From positions 30,566,001-30,630,000 of the forward strand of contig CM069155.1 of the NCBI GenBank assembly GCA_035221665.1: DNA of 64,000 nucleotides, given 5' to 3'. The notes beneath the pieces were generated by a model. That model made no database searches and had not been told where the DNA came from. It worked only from the letters and a program-made list of their open reading frames with translations. Source of the DNA: Okamejei kenojei (taxonomy: Eukaryota). A program made the translations under genes and the position numbers. The first letter of the stretch is position 1, and each line of letters opens with the position of its first letter. Positions 22,810 to 36,585 of this stretch are shown piece by piece.

Positions 22810-24380
22810 CAGATTTTAAGGAGGCCATACCTGGGGAGAGGACTGTCTCATCGGACGGTGGATGTTCTCACGTCGGCCTGCAGGGATAGTACACAGCAGC
22901 AATATATCACCTATATAAGGAAGTGGGAGCAATTCTGCCTACAGCAGGATATTGTATATCACACGGCAGGGATCAGGATGTATTAGAGTTTGTCAACTCT
23001 TTATTTTGACCAAAAAATTAAGTTACAGTGCAATTAATTCAGCCAGAAGTGCTCTGTCTTCTTATTTACCTATGAATGCAGAATTGCACACAGTAGGGAC
23101 ACATCCGTTAGTTCACGATTCATGAAGGGAGTTTTCAATTCTAATCCTCCTAAACTCAGGTATGCCGGTATTTGCAATGTGAGTGAGGTTTTTATGCTTC
23201 TTCGCCAGTGGGCTCGGTTACAAGCCTATCTATAGCCAAATTAACATAGAAACATAGAAATTAGGTGCAGGAGTAGGCCATTCAGCCTTCGAGCCTGCAC
23301 CGCCATTCAATATGATCATGGCTGATCATCCAACTCAGTATCCCGTACCTGCCTTCTCTCCATACCCTCTGATCCCCTTAGCCACAAGGGCCACATCCAA
23401 CTCACTCTTAAATATAGCCAATGACTGGCCTCAACTACCCTCTGTGGCAGAGAGTTCAGAGACTCACCACTCTCTGTGTGAAGAAAGTCTTTCTCATCTC
23501 GGTCTTAAAGGATTTCCCCCTTATCCTTAAGCTGTGACCCCTTGTCCTGGACTTCCCCAACATCGGGAACAATCTTCCTGCATCTAGCCTGTCCAACCCC
23601 TTAAGAATTTTGTAAGTTTCTATAAGATCCCTCTTAATCTCCTAAATTCCAGAGAGTATAAACCGAGGTCTATCCAGTCTTTCTTCATAAGACAGTCCTG
23701 ACATCCCAGGAATCAGTCTGGTGAACCTTCTCTGCACTCCCTCTATGGCAATAATGTCCTTCCTCAGATTTGGAGACCAAAACTGCACGCAATACTCCAG
23801 GTGTGGTCTCACCAAGACCCTGTACAACTGAAGTAGAACCTCCCTGCTCCTGTACTCAAATCCTTTTGCTATGAAAGCTAACATACCATTCGCTTTTTTC
23901 ACTGCCTGCTGCACCTGCATGCCTACTTTCAATGACTGGTGTACCATGACACCAGGTCTCGCTGCATCTCCCTTTTCCTAATCGGCCACCATTTAACTAT
24001 GAAGGTGGTCATGCTTCTGGTGTTGGTTTCAGCCCAACGTGTACGAACATTGCAAAAGCTACAGCTAGATAGAATGCATGTGTCGGCTGATGCCATTATA
24101 TTTTATGTCTATGATTTGCTTAAACATAATAAAAGAGGCATGACAGGATGTAAGATGGTGTTTTCAGCATACCCCGCAGATGATCGCTTCTGTATAGTCT
24201 CACATTTATCTCTTTACATTGAGATTACTAAACCTCTGAGAGGAACAGAGTTGGCTTTGTTTATTAGTCACAAAAAACCACACAGTAAGGTGTCGGTGCA
24301 AAACGATTTCAAGGTCCTCGCGGCCGCAGGATGGTCCAGTGAGCTAACTTTTCAGAGGTTTTGTCACAAGCCGATTCAAG
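22810..24380 (+). pseudogene. DIRS tyrosine recombinase, interrupted by CR1 and partly deleted
   Basis: YSAINSARSALSS, GTHPLV, FMKGVFN..PP, LTMKVVMLLVLVSAQRV, LFISHKKPH, AAGWSSELTFQRFC. HxxR segment missing; catalytic Tyr position reads Cys. Confidence 0.85.
23246..23992 (-). mobile_element. 5'-truncated CR1 LINE nested in the DIRS recombinase
   Basis: ORF2 C-term (QQAVKKANGMLAFI...LVRPHLEYCVQFWSP), (TTTCTATG)n tail at ~23246-23260, TTAAC duplicated at 23241-23245 and 23993-23997. Confidence 0.92.
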
Positions 24381-25364
24381 GCTCGGGGTGTTTGCTGATT
24401 CTGGTGTCAGTACTGTTACATTTTTCCCCTGAGTTAGAGGGGTTTGTTTATGATTTGTTTGTAAATATAAACTGTTATTTCATTTAACAAATGTATTACT
24501 GATGCATGATTGATTGTTAACGACTTTTGAGTCAATCCAGGCAGTTCTTCGTGAACGTAGGATTTGAGTCTGCGGCGTGAATTCACAGTGCTTTGAAGTC
24601 TTCACGTAGTCACTCTCTCGTGACTCCAAAGTAAAATAGTAAGATTAAACGAGAACTTACCAGTTTTGAAGTTTGATCTTTATTTTATGGGGACTACGTT
24701 CCCGTCCGCTCCCACCCTCATAGATCTCATCTGGTAGTTCTAGTTTTATCATCTTACCGTTATACTTCGGTCATTGTTAGCTGTGAATTCATTCCGCTGC
24801 TTTGAAGATTGACGCACCAACGGCTGTACGGGCTTCTATTCACGTAGTCCCTCAACTCGACTCCTCATAAAATAAAGATCAAACTTCAAACTGGTAAGTT
24901 CTCATTTAATCTTACTAATTTAGAGCTGTCTCTGAATTAATTGCAGATGCGCCTATTGTATGTTCCGCCCGTTATCCACTCCTGATGAATACCAAATATC
25001 TTAATGAATTGGATTGTCATTTAAAATTTAAAACACGATCTGCCTGCTTCCTGCCAGAAGGATAATGATGCAAGAGAGTCACATACGGAATCACATCGTA
25101 TTGAGGAATGATTGGAGGGGGGGGGGGTGGGGGGGGTGAGAATAAAATAAAATGCGGTAAGGGATACCTCAAAATTTGACAATTCAAACCCCCACCCAAG
25201 TTGTTGTACTAGTTTCACTGTCTTCCTGGTGAGTTTCATTGTCTCTAACTCGTTTTCTACGCCACAGCTAATAATGGTCTGTTTCATTTCCATCGTTAGT
25301 TTTTGCCTATCCTTTGTTAATTTGTTTTGTGCCTCTCTGTATCATCATTTATATTTCTAGTTTT

Positions 25365-26330
25365 CCTTTTCCCTGACTTTGTATATTAATGATTTGGACA
25401 TGGGGATTGAAGGCTCTGTGGAAAAGTATGCAGATGATAGAAAATAGGTGGAGGGATAGATAGTGTAGAGAAAGCAGGGACTCTGCAAAAGGACTTTGAC
25501 GGGTTGGGAGAGTGGGCAGAGAAGTGGCAGATGGGATATAGTGTGGCAAAGTGGGGAGTCACGCATTTTGGTAATAGGAATAAACTCATAGACTATTTTA
25601 TAAATGGGATGAGAATCCAGAAATCAGAGGTGCAAAGGGACGGGAGTGCTGGTGCAGGATTCCCAAAAAGTAAGTCTGCAAGTTGAATCGGTAGTAGAGG
25701 AACCAAAATCATTGTTAGCATTTATTTCAAGAGGGCTTGTATACAACAATAGGTCTGTAATGTTGATGCTCTATAAGGCACTGGTAAGGCCGCATTTGGA
25801 ATATTTTGAGTAACTTTGGGCACCATATCGGAGGAAGGATATGCTGACTGGAGAGCGTCCTGAGGAGGTTTATAAGAATGATCCCAGAAATGAGTAGGCT
25901 AACTATGATGGGCGTTTGCTGACACTGGGCCTGTACTCGCTGGAGTTTAGAAGAATGATGGGGTCCTCATTGAAACATACAGAATCGTGAAAGGCTTGGA
26001 TAGATGGATGTGGAGATAATGTTTCCACTAGTGGCAGAGTCTAGGACTGAAGGCAATCACCTCAGAATTAAAGGGCATTTTTGTAGGAAGGAGATGAGGA
26101 GAAATGTATCTAGTAAGAGGGTGGTGAATCTGTGGAATTCTTTGTCACAGAAGGCTGTTGAGGCCGTCAGTGGATCTTTTTAAGGCAGAGATAGATAGAT
26201 TCTTGATTAGTGCAGGTGTCAGAGGCTATTGGGAGAATGGGGTTAGAAGGGAGAGATAGATCAGCCATGATTGAATGGCGGAGTAGATAATTTGCTGAAT
26301 GGCTTAAATCTACTCATATTCCTTATGTCC
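25365..26330 (+). mobile_element. CR1 LINE ORF2 3' part (degraded)
   Basis: [50 protein letters not shown]. Confidence 0.88.
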
Positions 26331-28468
26331 TTGACCTTATATTCTATGCCCAGACCTCTGAAGATAAGCATCCATATGTGCTTGCAGCCACCACCTACCC
26401 ATCCTCTCCACGACCCCGAATCAACATGATTTGTCATGGGCAAATTTTTCAGGGACCTATAGACAACGATTCCTATTCTTCGCTGTTCTTGGACTTATTT
26501 GTGCCCTGCCATTTACTGCATATGGTGTATTTGATTTCCCAGAATACATCACCACACACTTGTCCGCCAACGCACTTCCAATAATGTAATGCTGTAGCCG
26601 AAGGCAACCTTCCTTACTTATCAACTTATAGTTATTGAGCATATCTGGCGTATTTAAAAATGCCTATGTACAATACGTATAACGCCTATCACCCAGCCTT
26701 AATCAAACTCCTTTGTTACTTCCTCAAATAAATTCATTTAAATTAGTGAGAAAGGGGTTCCTCCGCACAAATCTAGGTCGAATTTCCCAAATGAAACTAA
26801 ACAGGCTTTCCAAATGTACAATAGAATTTTCAGAATTCAAAATGTTCTCCAATAATTTATCTGCCACTGATATAAAGCTTTCCTGACTGTAGTTGCCCAA
26901 TGCATCACTGGATACTTAATACAGAGGACCAGGAAAAAGGGGTGCATGGAAACACTATGTTTGAAAATTGAGAAATTACCGATAAGGTCTTCGGAGATCT
27001 CCCTTTAGCGATTGTTCTGTAAAATATTGTGTACCATTGGTTTTCATTGGCTTGATTAAATTCGGTATATTGAACACTGGGCTGTGTAAAGTGAGGTGAC
27101 ATAATTGTTTTGCATTAGAAATGTCTAGGGGACGGGGACGGAGGGGCGGGAGCGTTATGACAATAACCCTCGGCACCCATTGGAAATTATACTGTGATAG
27201 GTAAATCGATCGGTGGTGTGGACTCCATGGGGTTAAGGGTCGGTTTCCATGCTGCATCTCTACACTAAAGTAAACTAATCTCCGACACAGCATTTACCCC
27301 ATGACTTCTTTGGCTTTAAGTTAAAGGACCTTAACTTTAACTTAGTGAAAATCCAACCATAAAAAATGTTTGATACCTCCACCAGCCATTTTGTCCGGGG
27401 CCTCGTCCACTCGAGGCCACACATCTCGAGATTCCACCGCATTTACACACACACACGCTGAAATCTTGTCGGCGATCAGGCGGTATTGGATTAGCCAACT
27501 CATTCTCCTGCGTATAAAGCGAGTGGAAGTTAGGTTAAAATATGGTAGTTTGTTTTATTTGATGCTGCCAAACCTACTGAGATGCTCCAGCAATTTGTTT
27601 TTTTGTCCCGGTTTGCAACATTTGAAATTGCTTTCATTATTTGTTTTAATGTTTTAAATTATTACCATTGTTTTACGTCGGTAGTAGCAAAATTCAAGCT
27701 GAGGTTTCTTGCCTTTCATTTTTTCCTTATTTACCGAATGGACCAAATTTTACAGTTGATAGATATTTCTGATAATCAAAAAGACCTTCAGAATTATGAC
27801 ATTCTCTCGTGAGTTCGGACAGAGGCGACCGAAGCTTGGAGATGGCGTTAACATCCCGTGACGGGTTTCAGAAGATATTTTAACGTGATGTGCTCTCTTT
27901 GAACTCATGCACCCATACGTGTTGTGGCGCTTCTGCTGCCGACGGAGGCCTTGTTGTTCCATCAGAGCCAAAGTCGGATCTGGGTGAAAGCGAACTTCAG
28001 TGGCTGGAAAAACACATGCGCACTGTATGTATAATACTATCTCTCTATGAAAAAATCGAGAGCGCATGAATTCGGACAGAGACTATATGTATTCAGAAGA
28101 TGGACAATAAGAAAAGCTTGGTGTAATCTGCAGACGGTTTGGCAGCCATCTCTGGAGAAGGAAAATAGGGGATGTTTTGAGTCCACATCTTTCTCGGACT
28201 TATTACGGGCGCGGTGTTTTGAGACAAATTTTTCTTTCCATCGATAAGCTTTTCTAGAAGGAGGTTTAAGTATACAACATCACCACCTACGGTGTAAGAC
28301 ACATCTCGATGTGGCAAACACTCGAGAATTTTTTTTTTGTAAAATATTTTTGATTAGATAGGAATTACATATTATGAAGAAATATAAGAATCAATTATTA
28401 AGGACAAAAGAACACTCAATACTAAACCGTCTCTTACTTTTTAATATATTTAAAAATTCTCTTTGATC

Positions 28469-28968
28469 NNNNNNNNNNNNNNNNNNNNNNNNNNNNNNNN
28501 NNNNNNNNNNNNNNNNNNNNNNNNNNNNNNNNNNNNNNNNNNNNNNNNNNNNNNNNNNNNNNNNNNNNNNNNNNNNNNNNNNNNNNNNNNNNNNNNNNNN
28601 NNNNNNNNNNNNNNNNNNNNNNNNNNNNNNNNNNNNNNNNNNNNNNNNNNNNNNNNNNNNNNNNNNNNNNNNNNNNNNNNNNNNNNNNNNNNNNNNNNNN
28701 NNNNNNNNNNNNNNNNNNNNNNNNNNNNNNNNNNNNNNNNNNNNNNNNNNNNNNNNNNNNNNNNNNNNNNNNNNNNNNNNNNNNNNNNNNNNNNNNNNNN
28801 NNNNNNNNNNNNNNNNNNNNNNNNNNNNNNNNNNNNNNNNNNNNNNNNNNNNNNNNNNNNNNNNNNNNNNNNNNNNNNNNNNNNNNNNNNNNNNNNNNNN
28901 NNNNNNNNNNNNNNNNNNNNNNNNNNNNNNNNNNNNNNNNNNNNNNNNNNNNNNNNNNNNNNNNNNNN
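28469..28968. other. Assembly gap (500 N)
   Basis: Run of exactly 500 N, a placeholder size. Confidence 0.99.
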
Positions 28969-30398
28969 CCAGAATTTGCCGACGGGACTTCAAATACAAT
29001 AAAACTGTGTAATGGAGAAAGCAAACCAATGCATGCAAAGCAACCACTCTGCATTGACCAGGCTTCGAGTTTGGGCAGTCATGGATAAAGTAAACCAATC
29101 AAATGTCAAAATCTGTTTGTACTGTAATCATGTTTGTCGAAAAAAAATTAAAGGCTCTCCCGGAGATATTAAGTTAAACATTATTTGTATTCCAATTCAG
29201 TATTCACGAACATTTAGCCCAATTATTTCATCTCCTCTATCCCATAGTTAGTTGAGTTCTGTACGACAGCAATATTTCACATCAACTACTCATGATAGAA
29301 TACGGCTTACACGCAGGGAGAGAGAGAGAGGAGGATGTGAGGATGAGAATGATCGAGAGGAGAGCGGGACGAGAGGAAGGGAGGGAGAGGAGGGAGGAGA
29401 AGAGGGGGAGGAGAGTTGAGACGGAGAGGGAGGAGTGTGGAGAGAGGAGTACTCAGCGTGCACTTCAAATTTCATATGAAGGAGAATGAGCAAATGAATG
29501 ATGGATGAAATCTATTACAGAGAAGTATGAGTGGTATTTTTTTGCCTCGTGTATGGAAGGGGGGGGGGGGGCAATGTGCTTCAGGTGGCGCAGGATCAGA
29601 GGGACTATTAGGTTCATGAGCACACATTGGCCAAAGTAGAAAGATATATCGCGAGTGTAGATGAGGCAAAACCTGTGATATATGTTGGGTTGCAAAGAAC
29701 ATAGTATGTAGTAAGGCGGACAGTGAGCTGTTCACGCTGGTTAGGACCGTATAGAATCAGAAAAACTGGGAACGGGGAATTATTTTTTTGCAGTGAAAGA
29801 TTCCGCCAAATCGCTCCTGCTAATGTGAAGAAATTGCAGATAAGGTTTCAAACCGAAATCACTTCACTTCGATCGATGAGGCCTTCATTTCAGACCTATT
29901 TCAACAAAGAAAGTGTGGATCTAGATTTGTTAAGTGTCTAGAATCTTTCAAAAGAAAATTTGGGGTGCATGTTTGTTTATTACAAACAACTGGATCCCAA
30001 ATAATCCTTCAAGGGGAAATAATCAAATGATTGCTGGTCTGGCCTACTCGTGTGCAGCACTATATTGCGGTTGACCCATTTCAGAATAGGCGTGTTCGAC
30101 CTTCAGCACAGAAGTAGATGTATGCACCGCCAGCTACTGTTAAATCAGACTGGCATCAGTATCTTCTGCCCACGCGGTCGATTTATTTTACCTCCTTTAC
30201 CCAGTGAGAGCTGTTGATATGTTTTTTGTCCGAACACTTTTTTTTAAGACTATGTCACTATGGAATTCACTTACGAGGAAAAAATATGTTGTGTTTTGTT
30301 GCTCCAAGTGCAATCAGCATTGAGTAAGTTCATAAATGCTCGTTCCTTTTACTGTCATGTGTCAAAATGATAAAGGCCGCTCCTCACTTAGTATTAAC

Positions 30399-32720
30399 AC
30401 CATTATAACCATATAACAATTTTTACAGCTACGGAAACTGGCCCTCTCGGGCCTTCCAAGTCCGTGCGAACCATTTGTTTTCCCTAGTCCCATTTCCTGC
30501 ACTCAGACCATAACCTCCATTCACTTCACGTCCATAATCCTTCCACTTTACTCTGAAATGTTAAAATCGATCCTGCATCCACACTGTCTGCTGGAAGCTG
30601 ATTCCACGACGGCCAACACCCCTCTGAGTAAGAAGTTCCCCCTCCACGTTACCGAACTCTGTCCTTAATTCATCATGTCATGCCATCTTGTTGAATTTCT
30701 TCCTACCCTCAATTGGAAAAATGTATCCCGTCAACTTGTCTATCCCTATCATCTTTGTACTGACCTCAATCAAGTCCCCCCTTACTTTGCGCGATCCAAA
30801 GAATAAAGGGGGGGAAATCCTAAGTGTTCAAACCTTTCTCTGTAAGCATGTTGCTGGAAACCCTGACAACATTTAGTAAATCTCTACTGCTTGTACTCTC
30901 TCTATTTTAGTTGACATCCTTCCTCCAGTCCAACTAGGCGGACCAAAATTTGAATACGTCCAGAATACTGAGACATGGGGTCTTCTTACCAATGCCTTGT
31001 ACAATTTTAACATTATTCCCTTCTCCTATATTCAATGCTCTGTTTATAAAGGCCAGCACACCAAAGGCTTTCTTTACCACCCTATTCTACATGCGGATTT
31101 CCACCTTCAGGGAACTGTGCACACGTTATTCTAGATCCCTCTGTTCCACAGCATTCCTCAATTCCCTACCATTTACCATGTACGTTCCTATTTTGATTTG
31201 TCCTGCCAAGAGTAGCACTTCACACTTATCAGCATTAAACTCATCTGCATCTTTCAGCCACTTTTCCAATATGGCCCAAATCTCTCTGTAGACTTTGAAA
31301 ATCTACTTCATTATCAATTTCCATAGTTACCGCTTCAAAAAATTCAAGAAGGTTTAGTCAAAACATGACCTTCCAGGCACAAATCCATGTTGACTGTTCC
31401 TGATCAGACCCTGTTTATCCCAGATGCTTATATATATTATCTCTAAGTATCCTTTCCATTAATTTGCCCACCACTGACGTCAAAACTAATAGGTCTATAA
31501 TTGCTAGGTTTATTCTTTGAACCTTTTGAAACAATGGAACAACATGCGCAGTACGCCATCCTCCGGCCACTATTTCCCGTTTCTAATGACCATTTGAAAT
31601 ATTCTGTCATAGCTCCTGCTATTTCTACAATAACTTCCCTCAATGTCCTAGGGAATTATCTAGTCAGGGAACCTGGAGACTTATCCACTTTTATAAATTT
31701 TTCAAAAGTGTCAGTACTTCCTCCTCTTTGAATCTCATAGTTTCCATAGCTACTCTACTCTTTCCCTTAACTCGCCGGAGTTCAATATCCTTCTCCTTGG
31801 TGAATACCGAAGAAAAGAAATTGTTCAAATTATCCCCCCATCTCTTTTGGCTCTGTAGATAGCTGTCCATTCTGGTTCTCTAATGGTCCCAATTTTATCC
31901 CTCGTTATCCTTTTGCTATTAATATAGCTGTAGCTAAACCCTTTTGGGTTTACTTTCACCTTTCTGCCAAAGCAACCTCATATCTTCTTTTAGCCTTCCT
32001 AATTTTCTTTCTTAAAGATTCTTTTTACATTCTTTATACTCCTCTAGCACCTCATTTACTCCATGCCTCCTATAATTATTGTAGATATCTCTCCTTTTTC
32101 GAAAACGTGGTCCAATTTCCCTTGAAAATCATAGCTCGTTCCAATTTTTACTATTTCCTTTCAAACCTAACAGGGACATAAAGATTCTGTACTCTTACAA
32201 TTTCCCTTTAATGTCCTCCATTTCTCTTCTACATCCTTCCCATGAAACAAAAAACAAGTGTCCCAATTCACTCCTTTAAAATCCTTTACGCATTCCCTCA
32301 AAGTTAGCCTTTCTCCAATCAAAAATCTTACCCTAGGTCCAGTTTCTGACTCTCTCCATAATTATATTGAAAATACTAATGGTATTGTGATCACTGGTCC
32401 GAAGTGCTCACCAACGCATACCTCCGTCACCTGACCTGCCTCATTTCCTGTCCAGCACTGCCCCTTCTCTGGTCGATACCTCTATGTACTGCTGCTCAAA
32501 AAACTATCCTGCACACACCATTTTACAAAAACTCCAAACCATCCAGCCCATTATGCCTTCCCCAAAAGCGGTCCCAGTGATCAAGAAAACTTGAATCCCT
32601 TGCCCACTGCACTAGTCCCTCAGCCACGCATTTATCCTCACCTCATTTCATTCCTACTCCCACTGTCAACGCGGCACAGGCAGTAATCCTGAAAAAATCG
32701 TTACCCTTTTGGTCCTTCTA
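30399..32720 (-). mobile_element. CR1 LINE with internal deletions, same 3' UTR family as 19085-19503
   Basis: Tail ACCATATAACAAT is the reverse complement of the 19480-19503 tail; SNYRPIS and QHGFVPGRSC motifs on the minus strand. Absent from the paralogous unit at ~46970. Confidence 0.85.
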
Positions 32721-33750
32721 GTATAGCGGCAGGGACCCACAGAAGATCGTCGAATGCAGCGCCACATCATGCAGGATGAAATTTTATTCGAAGCTACATC
32801 TTGGGTTGTTGTGAGCGGCCAGACAACGTTATTTTACGTACAGAGATAAGTGCTCCTGCTCACCAACCCCGCATTCCTCTGCCAACTGGCTTCTTTTGTT
32901 TCAGGTCCCGATGATTTGTGCAGATCCGCTGTCAGCATGTATCACTTGGAATTATTCAGTATGGAAACAGCCGTTCGGGCCCAACAAGTACCACCTGCCC
33001 GCGTTTGGCACGTACCCCTCTCAACCTTTCTATCTTTGTACCTGTCGAATTGGATTATTAAATGTTGTTATAGTACCTGTTTGAAACTACCTCTTGTGGC
33101 AGCTCGTTCCATATACTCACCAATCTCTGTGCGAAAAATGTTACCCCGCAGGTTTCCTATTAAATCATTCATCTCTCACCTTAACCTACGTCCGCTTACT
33201 CTTTTACCCAGAGGTAAAAGCGGTTGTGAACTGCGATCCATCCACTTGTGATCATATAAGCAGAGGAATTGTTCCCAATTATATTGTTGTTTACGAATGA
33301 TCTGCATTCAAATAAAATGCAATTTCGTAAAATTCCAATAATTTATTTACGTAATATTATGTGAGAGTTTTGTGTACTTACCATTTCTTACTGTGAAATT
33401 AAATCTAACGGGACATTGAGAGATATTGCCCTCTGGGTTTTCTTCCGGAAAGACGACAAAATTGCAGAACAAATGAGAATTTTCACGAGGAGCTCTCAGG
33501 GTTGTTACGCAGATTTATGAGTTGTAAATGCAGTGCATGATGGATATAAATCAACTGGTGAAATTTACTAAAGTACAGTAATGCAATTGAATATATATCA
33601 CAGTAGCTTCCAGTCGAAGCACCTTTAAAAGATGTAGTTATATAATTTTGACTTCTCGCCTAATTTCATTGAAAAACACCATTATTCATTTCAACAGATT
33701 AACTACCTCAAAAGGAGGAAATTTGTAATAAATAGCGAATCATAACAAAA

Positions 33751-34785
33751 GTGTCAGTCTCAATAAACAATCAGCACAGGAGCACCTCAAGGGCTGCGTG
33801 CTTTAAGCCCCCCTGCTGTACTCACTCTATACTCATGATTGCGTAACCTGTTCATAGTGCGAACTCCATCATCATGTTCGCTGATGACACCACTGTTGCG
33901 GGACGTATCACTGATGGGGGACGAGTCAGAGTATAGAAGTTGAGATCGACTGACTGGCCAAATGCTGCCAGCACAATAACCGGGCCCTCAACACCAGCAA
34001 AAACCAGGAAACTGATTGTGGACTTTGGAAGGGGTAGGATGGGGACCCACAGTCCCGTTTATATCAACGGATGATGGTGGAAAGGGTCAAGCTTCAAATT
34101 CCTGGGTGTGCACATCTCCGAAGATCTCTCCTGGTCCAAGAACACCGATGCTATTATAAAGAAAGCACATCCGCGCCTCTACTTCCTGAGAAGATTACGG
34201 AGAGTCGGTATGTCAAGGAGGACTCCCTCTAACCTCCACAGGTGCACAGTAGAGAGCATTGCTGACCAGTTGCATCGTGGCTTGGTTTGGCAAACTTGAG
34301 TGCCCAGGTCCGAAAAAAGACTACAAAAAATAGTAAACACTGCCCAGTCCATCATCGGCTCTGACCTCCCTACCATGGAGGGATCCATCGCAGTTGATGC
34401 TGCCTCAAAAAGACTGGCAGCATCATCAAGGTCGCACATCAGCCTGGCCACACACTCATCTCCCCTCTATCTTCAGGTAGAAGGTACAGGACCTGAAGAC
34501 TGCAACGTCCAGGTTCAGAAACAGCTGGCTATTCCCCAGCCACCAGGCTATTGAACTCAACTCAAAACAAAACTCTAAACATTAATAGCCCATTATCTCT
34601 TTATTTGCACTTTATCTGTTTTATTTATTCATGTGTGTATATATTTATACAATGGTATATGGAAACACTGATCTGTTCTGTATTATGCCTTCTATATTCT
34701 GTTGTGCTGAAGCAAAGCAAGAATTTAATTGTCCTATCAGGGACACATGACAATAAAACTCTCTTGCATCTTGAATCTTTGAATC
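33751..34785 (+). mobile_element. Rex1/Babar LINE, duplicate of 50460-51480, with many indels
   Basis: Same boundaries and flanks as the 50460 copy, but the frame is repeatedly broken by 1-bp indels. Confidence 0.9.
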
Positions 34786-36169
34786 ATGCACAAAGATATA
34801 TTCAACTGGAATAAAGCAGGAGGTCTCAAATTCTGGACCTAAAAGCATCCCTGGCTTTCACTATTTTTTTATTATTGGCGTCAGTCTTCCCCTGGCAAAA
34901 TCCCAAATCTCTGGAATTTCACCCCGACATATCTTCATCTCATACTTTGTACTCCTCCTTGTAGCTGACCTCAAAAGCCATCTCTGTTGACTACATTCTA
35001 GACCCCTGCTCTTTTTTATTACTTAGGAAGTGACATTTCCTTCCGCAACTGTTGCAGTTTTATACATATATTTCAAATTTATTTATTTTAATGGTCATTT
35101 AAAAATGTGGATTATTGGATTCAGGTTACACCATAGAAAATTCTCATTGGATTCAGCTTACACCATCTGACACCATTGGAAGTGGAACAATGTTAACTGG
35201 AAATTGTCCTTCATGTCTGTCCTGACCAACCTACTTCCGCAAAAACTGCATTGTAATTCCACTGTACCAGAACCAACACAATCTCCAAATACAGTCGGAA
35301 CGCAGAAGAGCCTACCATTGATGTGAACATTAAAGCCATTGAAGAAAAAACTAAACGCTGACCAGTATTTTCAAAATACCCGTCGCCCATCAAAAGCAAA
35401 CGAAGCCTCGCGGGGGTAAGGAAAATGGGGACAAAGCTTGGATATGTTCCACTTGCAACTGGGTTTAGGATATCATGTTGATCATCGACAAATCATTTAT
35501 TTTGCCCTTTCTGGTGAATGGGGCTGGTCCTAGTTGTAGACCGGGAATTAATTCTGACGTAGCGACATGCATTAAGAAGACCGCACTATCACCTCGGTGG
35601 GAGAACTCATGCCTTAATGACTACCGTCTCGATGTCTTGACATCCCACCATTACGAATTGCTTCTAGGGCAACCAGATTGACCCTACCAAGCAGCCTTGA
35701 TCTACAGCAGTTCTACAGCAGCACAACAGGTCCACTGCTGATGCCATCTCTCTGGCCATACACTTTTAGCCATGGGAACATCTGGATGAGACGAGCACCT
35801 ACATCAGATCTACATAGAATAGAGCCCTGTTTCAATACCATTTACCCTAAACAAGCTCATCTCCAAACTATTGGAACGGAATCAGCATTCGTGACCAATG
35901 GACCACAATCTGTGTGGATAGGTGACCAATCAGCTACCCGAGCGAAATGTGTTGCTATTCCTCCAATGTGCGTGTACACTCACTCTGACAATGGAGGAGG
36001 CCCAGGCCTGAAAGGTCAGTGCAAAGGGAAGGGAGGGGGGTAAAGGGGCTAGCCACCGGGGGATCTAGTAGGCCTTCGCAAGTTCAGTTAAACGGCCGCC
36101 GAGTCTACGCTTGGTCTAGCCAATGTTCAGTAGCCCACATCCGGAACACCAGATCTAGGAGATAAGGTT

Positions 36170-36440
36170 AGAGAATGTGCATGTGCATCTCACTGCCGAG
36201 GTCGCAGGGTGGAGCTGAGGGAGGCGGAATAAGGACAGATATTAAATCTCCCGCGGTTGCAGGGTAAGTTGGCTGGAGTGGGGAGTGGCTTCAGTGAAAG
36301 CGACGAATGAAAAACAAGGAGATGCGGAGGGAATGGTTTACTGCGGAAGGTGGAAAAGGTTGGAGATTGGAAGATGTGCTTAGTGGTGGGATCACGTTGG
36401 GAGGTGACAAAAAAAATGTTTGTGGAATTACTGCTCTGAT
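36170..36440 (-). mobile_element. Penelope-like element remnant (linker before GIY-YIG); duplicate at ~52855-53110
   Basis: QRDPTTKHIFQSP...PCNRGRFNICPY resembles the PCxxxRCxxCP linker of Penelope/Neptune ORFs. Confidence 0.55.
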
Positions 36441-36585
36441 CTGTCAGAGACTTTGTTTTATTCAACAAAGTCTAGTACAAGCTCTGGCATTGAATGGGTT
36501 GGGAGAAGGATGCTGAGGTTGGACTGTAGAGCGACAGCCTGTTTCAAAATAATTAGTTTAGTTAAGTTTAGTAGAAAATAATAAT

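Larger units (their letters stand above)
19512..24917 (+). mobile_element. DIRS1-like tyrosine-recombinase retrotransposon, termini complete, coding regions decayed
   Basis: Perfect 40-bp inverted repeat 19537-19576 / 24810-24849. Internal complementary region 24601-24693 pairs with both termini. gag-RT-RNaseH-MTase-YR remnants in order. Confidence 0.95.

Noticed and set aside
28391-29098. Long ORFs of 179-235 aa
   Set aside because: They run through the N gap.
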